Source: a virus (taxonomy: Duplodnaviria; Caudoviricetes). Taken from it: a stretch of DNA of 61,976 bases. The translations under genes were made by a program, and so were the position numbers. The stretch covers positions 1-61,976 of the IMG/VR virus record IMGVR_UViG_3300030102_001784; one strand, written 5' to 3'. Of this stretch, positions 36,170 to 44,000 are shown in pieces; positions within the stretch are counted from its first letter, which is position 1; the number at the start of each line of letters is the position of its first letter. Under the pieces are notes generated by a model, which saw nothing but the letters and a program-made list of their open reading frames with translations, was not told where the DNA came from and did no database searches.

Positions 36170-36523
36170 TTAATATGTCCAAATTACATTTTGAGATTTA
36201 TCTTTATCTATGTCTACGTGTATAAATGTACTAGCTACTCCTATTCGTTTAAAACCTACTTCTAATAATGTTTTTATCATTTCAAATCTATCTGTAGAGC
36301 TAGAGCAAGCTATATCAGCTGCTAATCCTTTTAAATGAGAAGAAAACTCAACACCTCCAACTTTTGTATTGTGATCTTTAGTTCTAAAACCACTAGTTAT
36401 ACGCATAGGTTTACCATATATTTTACGAGCAGCATCAAGCATATGCAGTATTTCTTCGCTCATATTAGAACCACTACCTGGTTCATCTGGTGAATCAAAT
36501 TCTTTTAATTTAAAGTATTTCAT
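36170..36523 (-). CDS. Peptidase M15-family endolysin
   Basis: YFKLKEF...ITSGFRT..HN..VGG...SSHLKGLAADI...FIHVD. Confidence 0.9.
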   Translation of the reverse strand: MKYFKLKEFDSPDEPGSGSNMSEEILHMLDAARKIYGKPMRITSGFRTKDHNTKVGGVEFSSHLKGLAADIACSSSTDRFEMIKTLLEVGFKRIGVASTFIHVDIDKDKSQNVIWTY

Positions 36524-36681
36524 TTTTTCTTATTTTGTTTTATTTCTTTCCATTTAGCTATAGTATAACCTATGGTAACTAATAAAAGTATTATTTTTAA
36601 ACCATCTTCTATGTGAGTAAATGTCGTTACACCTAATGCTCCTGCATTCATTGCGTATAATCTCATATCTGCTATATTCAT
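36520..36681 (-). CDS. Small membrane protein upstream of the endolysin (possible holin/antiholin)
   Basis: Likely start MNIADM; hydrophobic LKIILLLVTIGYTI followed by a basic tail. Confidence 0.55.
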   Translation of the reverse strand: MNIADMRLYAMNAGALGVTTFTHIEDGLKIILLLVTIGYTIAKWKEIKQNKKK

Positions 36682-36682
36682 T

Positions 36683-37090
36683 TTATTCTCCGCATTTTTT
36701 TGATGGATCATCGACTCTTCTCCAGTCTTCTTTTTCAAACCAGTCTCTTAGTGTAGCTCCTTTTTTACGAGCTCCTTTTACATTAGTTGAAGATGATCGT
36801 TTATATTTACCTTTTGCACCAGCAGCTCTTTTAGAGTTAACTAGTTTTTCTTTTTCTTCTTTACTCATGCCACGTAATTTAGAAGCAGGTAAACAAGTTT
36901 TAGTAGTTCCACCACCTTTTTGTTTTTGTAAAGGAGTTTCACGCATTTTTTCAGCATGAGCTACGCCCACTTTGTTGCCACTACCTCTGCCAGCTACTGC
37001 AGCTGTTCTATTTCGCATTTTATTCCAAGACTTCGAGTGCATTACCGTAGCGCCACAGTGAAGCATTGGTGTTCCTTGTTGATATGCCAT
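36683..37090 (-). CDS. Basic phage protein
   Basis: CLPASK...LRDWFEKEDW...KKCG; contains TP-variant motifs GTPML and ETPLQK. Confidence 0.75.
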   Translation of the reverse strand: MAYQQGTPMLHCGATVMHSKSWNKMRNRTAAVAGRGSGNKVGVAHAEKMRETPLQKQKGGGTTKTCLPASKLRGMSKEEKEKLVNSKRAAGAKGKYKRSSSTNVKGARKKGATLRDWFEKEDWRRVDDPSKKCGE

Positions 37091-37332
37091 TATTTCTTAT
37101 CTAATTTTTGCATTGCTTTATTTCTAGCACACTTCATTTTTTTAGCGTAACTAGGGTTGCGTTTGCGGTTAAACACTATTTGTTGATTTAAACTACCAAC
37201 AATCTTTTTCTTATTACCTTTTCTGCTTTTAATAAGCCAATTAGCTAAAGCATCACAGCTAAGCTCTTTAAACTTACCATTTGCATCTGGTGCATCAGAG
37301 TCTTTCCACTCAGGTCTTTTTTCTTTTGCCAT
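37090..37332 (-). CDS. Small basic protein
   Basis: 80 aa, coupled to its neighbours. Confidence 0.7.
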   Translation of the reverse strand: MAKEKRPEWKDSDAPDANGKFKELSCDALANWLIKSRKGNKKKIVGSLNQQIVFNRKRNPSYAKKMKCARNKAMQKLDKK

Positions 37333-37489
37333 TACAGTCTTGCATATTTATAAACCAGTTAGCTAATTGCTTGTCACGGCCAGTAGCTTCTTTTCTAGCT
37401 TTTAGTTTTTTAACTTTAGCACAAGTAACATCGCCTCCGTATAATTTATTAATACGGGCTTTTAAAACTCCGCGATATGCTTTTGCCAT
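37310..37489 (-). CDS. Small basic protein (59 aa, not in the ORF track)
   Basis: MAKAYRGVLKARINKLYGGDVTC...; the start overlaps the upstream stop. Confidence 0.65.
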   Translation of the reverse strand: MAKAYRGVLKARINKLYGGDVTCAKVKKLKARKEATGRDKQLANWFINMQDCNGKRKKT

Positions 37490-37896
37490 TATTTTTTCTT
37501 ACTAGCTGTTACTTTACTTTCTCCTTTTGTTACAGTTACATCAGTGTCTGTTACATCTACTTGCATTGGATCATCTTGTTTATCACCTAGTTGTAATATA
37601 AGATTCTTAATTATTTCAATTTCAGGTTTATCTTCTTTTTCTTTTGCACCAACAATATGTTGCAATATACCTATCATTGCCATAGCTGCAGTAGATACTA
37701 AACCAATAACAGCTGTTAAAGCTCCGCCTTCTAAATGAGTAGAGCTAATAACACCAATAACTACTAATACAGTAATATAATTTATAGCATGCTTACCTAA
37801 ATGTTTAGATGCAATTTCTTTAGCTGTACTTCTAGCAGTGATCTTATCAATTTCTATTTGAGCTAAAATCTCTTCAGTTGTTTTTTGTTTTTTCAT
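37489..37896 (-). CDS. Two-TM membrane protein
   Basis: YITVLVVIGVIS and ALTAVIGLVSTAAMAMIGIL. Confidence 0.7.
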   Translation of the reverse strand: MKKQKTTEEILAQIEIDKITARSTAKEIASKHLGKHAINYITVLVVIGVISSTHLEGGALTAVIGLVSTAAMAMIGILQHIVGAKEKEDKPEIEIIKNLILQLGDKQDDPMQVDVTDTDVTVTKGESKVTASKKK

Positions 37897-37901
37897 TGTA
37901 A

Positions 37902-38057
37902 CTATTTTTTACCTCCACCAAATTTACTTGGTCCACCAGCTTTAGTACATCTCACACCCCATCCAGAAGCATATGCACTAGGCCAAACTTTAAATTTTCT
38001 TTTTGCAGCAGCTTTACAAGCTGAACTTATTTTACCATATAAAGGACTACTTTCCAT
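37902..38057 (-). CDS. Small basic SP-motif protein (51 aa, not in the ORF track)
   Basis: MESSPLYGKISSACKAAAKRKFKVWPSAYASGW... Confidence 0.7.
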   Translation of the reverse strand: MESSPLYGKISSACKAAAKRKFKVWPSAYASGWGVRCTKAGGPSKFGGGKK

Positions 38058-41000
38058 CTTTTTTCTTTTTTTGTAATTCAATTATTTTTTTAACTCTATC
38101 TTCTTCGTACTTAAGTTTTTTAAGCTCTTCTCTTGTTACACCTAAATCTAATAACATTTGTTTTTGTTGTTTAGCTGTAGTTTCTTTTTTCATATTAGTA
38201 ACATCTAACTCATATTGTTGTTCTGGCGTTAAAGGCTTTACAGGATCAAAACCACCATAATAACCTAATCCAACATCCCAAGTTGACCAACCTAAAGATA
38301 GAGCAAGTTTTTGCCAGTTTTGAGATCGTTCACTCATTATACCTCTAATGTTATTCATTTTTTGAATAGCTCTATCAAGCGGTATATTTGTTAAACCTGA
38401 TATAACTTGTGCACCCGCTAAATAAGCAGGGTTATCTAAGCTAAATCCTTTTTCTTTAATTAACTTTCTATCCCATGTAAATGTATTAGCAGCAACTCTT
38501 AATTTTCTAAACTTAGAATCAAGTGGTGGTGAAAAGTCAAACAAATCATAAACCGCTTTTACAAACTTAGGTGATTCGCTATTTAATTCTTTAGCTAAAG
38601 TTATTAATGAATTTTTAAGCGCTAATGTAGCCTTACCTTGTATACCTAAACCAGCTAATAAAGAATCAGCCATACCATTAGCTATTCTACCAGCTTTATC
38701 TTCTTTCTTTTTATCTTCTTCATCTTCACCAAAAGCTTCAGCAAATAAAGCGTTTTGTAAAGCATTAAATACTAAGTTTTGTACTACGCCATAAAAAGCT
38801 ATAGTACCTACATGCTTTTTCCAATCACCTCTACCATTAATTAAATCTTGCGTAGATCTTTTTATAATACGAGCATACTGCATTGGTGTATTTGCAAACG
38901 CAAGTATTACACGACCAGCTCCACTTGCTTGTTGCTGTGATATTTTACTTGGATTACTTGATTGCTGATTTTTCTCTGCAATAGCATAAAAATCTTCATA
39001 AGCCTTTTGCTGAGCTAATTCTTGATTCATGCCTTGATCTAAATACATATTTAGTTGGTTTCTATAAAAAGCAGCACCACCTGTTGCAATAGCAAAACTA
39101 TCTGCAAATCTAGTTAAAATAAAACCTTTATTTAACAAATAACTTAAAGCTGCTTTTGGTTTGTCAGAGCTTTCAGCAACTGCATCTGCTATTTCAGATT
39201 CACTTACATTTATTTTTAAACCATTACGTCTTTCAACTAAGTAAGGAGAGTTCATTAATGTTTTAAAATCTTTCCAATATTGCTTTTGATTAGCAAAAGC
39301 TTTAGCAGAGTTTATTAAACCGTTGTTACCAACACCAATAAAGTTAACTGCTGAAAGGGTCTGTAAGACGGCTGATCTAGTGTTTAAGAACATAATAGCA
39401 CCAACAGAATTATTAAGCCAGTCTAGGACTTGATTAACAACTCTAGAGCCACCAACAGGTCTGTTAGATCCTGATTTCATTCTACGTAATTGATCACGTA
39501 ATGCTTCTACATACTTAGGACCATAAGCAGCTTCTAGCTTATTCATATTTTTTTCAGAAAATATAATATCTACATTTTCTTGCCACTCTTGTAAATAAAG
39601 CTTTCTGTTTACTTTATTTATATCATTCAATATATCTGTAGTAATACTTCCACCTAACCAGTCTTTACCTGGCGCAGGATATGGCTTATCTTTTTGCATC
39701 TTTATAAGCTCATCAACAAACGTGTTCATTTCTGCATTTTTATCTACAATGTCATTTAAAGCTTTTAAATCTGTTTTAGATAAACCAGGTATAGTCATAC
39801 CTTGTCTAGTCCACGCTGCTACTCTTGCTGCTTGTGAAAAAGTAAAACCACCATAACCAACTTCTTTGTTTAAACTTTTTGGTAATGTTTTTAAATTTCT
39901 TTTTAGAGCTTTGAAATCGTTAGCAGCTTGTATTTTAGCTTTTGTAACAGCTAATTCTGCTCTGTCATACGGATCTAATAAATTTTTCTTATAAAAATCC
40001 ATTTGTGCGTCACCAACTTTTCCTTTACCTAGCGTTTTATATAATAAACCTAAAAAGTCTTCAGCTGAAGGTGTAGTAAAGAAACTAAATCTACCCTTTT
40101 TCTTACCTACAGTTTGAGCTTTTGCTGTTGAATATTCTTTAAAGCTTTCAATACCAGTAGAACTTTCTAATATATCATTGAATATTTTATCAAAAGTACT
40201 ACGTTTACTAAATTTAGCTAATTGAACTTCAGAATTAACATCTACTTGGCTTAAAACTTCTTGAACTGCTTCTACATTTTTAAGAGAATCGTCAGCAAAA
40301 TAAAAATCATTATAACCTTGTGCAGCTTTTTCCGCCATCCAATTACCTTTAGCAGAAGGTGATCCATCTTCTAAACCTGTTATGTTTTCAATAGGTAGGT
40401 TTAAACCAATACCATCTAAAAATGTTTTTATTGCTTGAGCTGACGCTTGTGGTCTTGCTGTTAATACAAATATGTCTTTACTACCAAATTTATCTTGACG
40501 TCTTAAAGCTAAGTCAGCTAATGGTCCTTTTAATGTTCCATCAGAAACTCCTTCAAAATTACTAAAGTCAAACGTAGCTCCATCAGCTTGTAAGTCGTTT
40601 GCCTGTACAGCAAATTCAGAAGCAGATATTTCTACAGTAGATCCATCTCTTTTATTAACTATTACTTTTTCTTTAGTTTTAGCAAGAGTATCGTCAAAAT
40701 CAAAAACACTAATACCTTTCTTAGGAGTATCTAAAGATCTAGCTTTTCTAGCAGCTTTATCATAAGTGTTCAATGTAGTTAATTGATCAGCGATTGTCAT
40801 CTCTGTGTTTACTTTATCACCAAACGTATTGTTGTTTGATTTACTAGCTTTAACTTCTAGCGCAGCAATAGGCTCATAAGCTTTTATTCTTGCTTTAGTA
40901 GTTTTTACATCTAAGTCATTATTTATTTGCTCACTTATTAAAGCGTTTTGAGCATAAACAATATTAGGATTTCTTTTACTAGCTTTTAAATCTACACCAA

Positions 41001-44000
41001 CACCCATTATATCAGCAAAACTTTTGCCTGATTTAAAATCATTAATAGTATTTAAGTTAATACCTGCGGCTGCTAATCTTCTTATACCTGCATTAGGTGT
41101 TGTAATATCAACTCCATCAGGTAAAGTAGAATCTAGTCCAGCTCTATCTATTTTTACATCATCTTTTTTAGATAATAATGTCTGCGTGTAATTGTCTCTA
41201 ATGCTAGGAAATATATTAGCAACTTGACCGTTTTTAATTGCCCATATTAAACTACCTCCAATAACTGAGGCTGGTGGACTATGCTCTTCTCTAAATGCTT
41301 CTTTGCCTCCAACTTGATTAGATTTACCTTTTTCTGCAAATTCAGGTTTTATAGATGCTGAATTAATAGGCGCAGCTATTTTAGTTAAACCTGTAGTAGC
41401 TTGATAAGATCCTTCTATTATAAGAGATGCAAACTGTATTGGCATACCATTAGCAACCATTGTTTCTAATCTAGTAGCTACAGACTCTAATATATCTTGA
41501 TTTATCTTAGCTTGATCTCTACCAGCTTTAGTATTAGCTTTTTTAGCAGGTACTCTTTTAGCTTTAGGTTTATTAGGATCTGTGTTAGCTTGAGCCGCTT
41601 GTCGAGCTGCTATATAAGCCGGATCAGATTTACCGTAATATAATCTGTTTCTATCAGCAACTAAGGTAACATCAGGGCCTGCAAAATCTTGCACTTCTTG
41701 AGCAGTTGGTGGACTAAATAATTTCTTACCACTAACTTTACTTACTCCTTTTGCTTTTCCTGGTATTGTTTTACCGTTACTTAAACTGTAAACAACATCA
41801 CCGTTTTCTAATCTTGTTCTTTGAGCACCTGAGTTTTGTAACATACCAGCGTCAAAAACATCTAAATCAAAATCAGTGTTAGTTTCTATTTGGTTTTGTA
41901 AATCTAATTGAACAGCTACTCTGTTTTTAGGTGTTATAGTTAAATTTTCTATACCTATTATTTTATTAACAGATTTTTTGTCTTTAGCGTTAGATATATC
42001 GTTTAATTCACTTTTACCTTTATCGCTATCTGCTGGTATTTGCTTGCTAAATTTAACACCTGTTGTTTTTCTTTCTAATACACTAGGTACTGCTTTTTCA
42101 AATATAAGATTTCTAAAAGACAATGATGCTAGTCCTTTTATAGTTTGAGCTTCTGCAGCTCTATATATAGGTTTTTGACTTGTTATGTCACCTAATAAAG
42201 CTTTATAGTCATTAAGTGTTTTGCTAGGATCTAACTTCCATTTACCTTTTCCATCTTTAACATATAAAGCATTTAGTATGTTATTAGGTATAAATGTAGA
42301 TTTACCTTTATCGTTATACGCGTTAGGTAGGTTTTTAAAATCTTGTTGAGCATTACTATTTAAATGCTGTTTTAAATTAACTAAGCCTTTTAAATCTTTC
42401 TTTTGTATGTTTTGTCTTTTATCTGTAAAAACTTTAGGATTAATACCAAAAGCTTGACCTAGCGTGTTTCCTAAACTTTCACCTATATTTCTTGTTTTAC
42501 CAAAATCTGAACCTACTGGTGCGCTTTTAAGGTCTTGCGCTATAGCCGTGTCTATTTCAGTAGCAACATCTTTACCACCCATGTTTTCAGTTAGAACACT
42601 AGAGTATTGTTTTGTTTTAGTAGGACTTTTAGGTTTACGTCTAACTTTTGGCGCAGTATCTATACTGGCATCAGTCTCTGTGTCAGCTGTGACACCAGCA
42701 GCTTCTGTTATATCAGTTTCAAAATCAGCCTTTGTACCAGCTCTACCTGTTTTAAATGTATTACCTATTTTATTACTTAACTGAGAATTAATCCAGCCAG
42801 ACAAACTGTTGTTTTGTTCTGGTTTAAAGTTTCTAATATGAGGTATTAATTCTACCATTGTGTTTTGAACAAAATCATCTTTGCTAAAACCTGGTGGTTT
42901 AACAGTAGGTATTTTACTTTCAATTAAACCTTGCAGCTTAGGTAAAACTTCTGTTATAACTTGATCAGCTTTACCAGCCTTCCATTCAGCATTAGTAACG
43001 TCATAGCTGCCATCTGCTTTTCTAGGACCAACAGAATCATTTACAGCGTCTTCTGCTTTAGACTCTTGAACTTTAGTTAGCGGCTTTGCTTTTGGTTTAT
43101 ATTCTCTTTTAACAAGCTCACCTTCAGCTCTACCATCTAATAAAGCTTGTTGAGCTTTATTTAATCCTTTTCCTTTTTCAATGCTTTTGTTGTAATCTTT
43201 TACAAAATTGTAAACATCTCTACCAGTATCAAATCTAATATTTTTTAAACCCGCTGCTTGTAATGTCCTTCTAAAAGCATCACCTATTTTTGTAAAGATA
43301 CTTTCATTAAACTTTATATCACCGTTAGCTATAGCGTCACTAAATATCGTTATAGCTTCTTCACCTTTTATAGCTTCTGGATCATTTTTATATGCTGCTA
43401 ATCTTTTACCATAAGCAGAGTCAGCATCTACTTGACTTATGTCTATGCCTTCTAAATATGTTTGTAAATTTTTACCTAAAGCTATTGCTGTGCCTTTACT
43501 ATTTTGTACAGTGTTTCTTAATACACTATGTAAAAACTCATGAGCAGCTACATTTACGTTAGAGTCTTTTAAAGATAATTCATTATTAATAAGTATACGT
43601 TCTTTTCCTGTTTTAGGATCAAACAAAACAACACCGTGATTAGCTGAATTTTTTTCCTGCCAACCATCTATTTTTTGTTCTTTAGCATATTGATTCATTG
43701 AAGCAGCATTGTTAAAATCTTGAAATTCAATATTGCCTTTACTTGCTTTTTCAATAGCTATTTTTACATTACCAGAGGTTTTAAACAAAGACTCTTGCTT
43801 CATTATATCTCTAAGTTCTGTTTTAACTTCTGCTAGTTCTGCTTTTTCTTCTTGCGTTAAGTCTTCATCTTTTACAGCCTCTATTTTCCTTGTAAGATTA
43901 TCTCTTTTAATCATCAAGTCAAGCATTTTTTCTCTTGTCTGCTTGTCAGCATTAGTTGGTATTTTATCACTAGCGTTTTTAATGTTAGCGATATTTATAG

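Noticed and set aside
41860-41874. DFDLD in the giant protein, resembling the DxDxD catalytic loop of multisubunit or crAss-type virion RNA polymerases
   Set aside because: It follows an apparently helical stretch, and I see no double-psi beta-barrel context or other RNAP motifs; probably coincidental, though a structure prediction would settle it.
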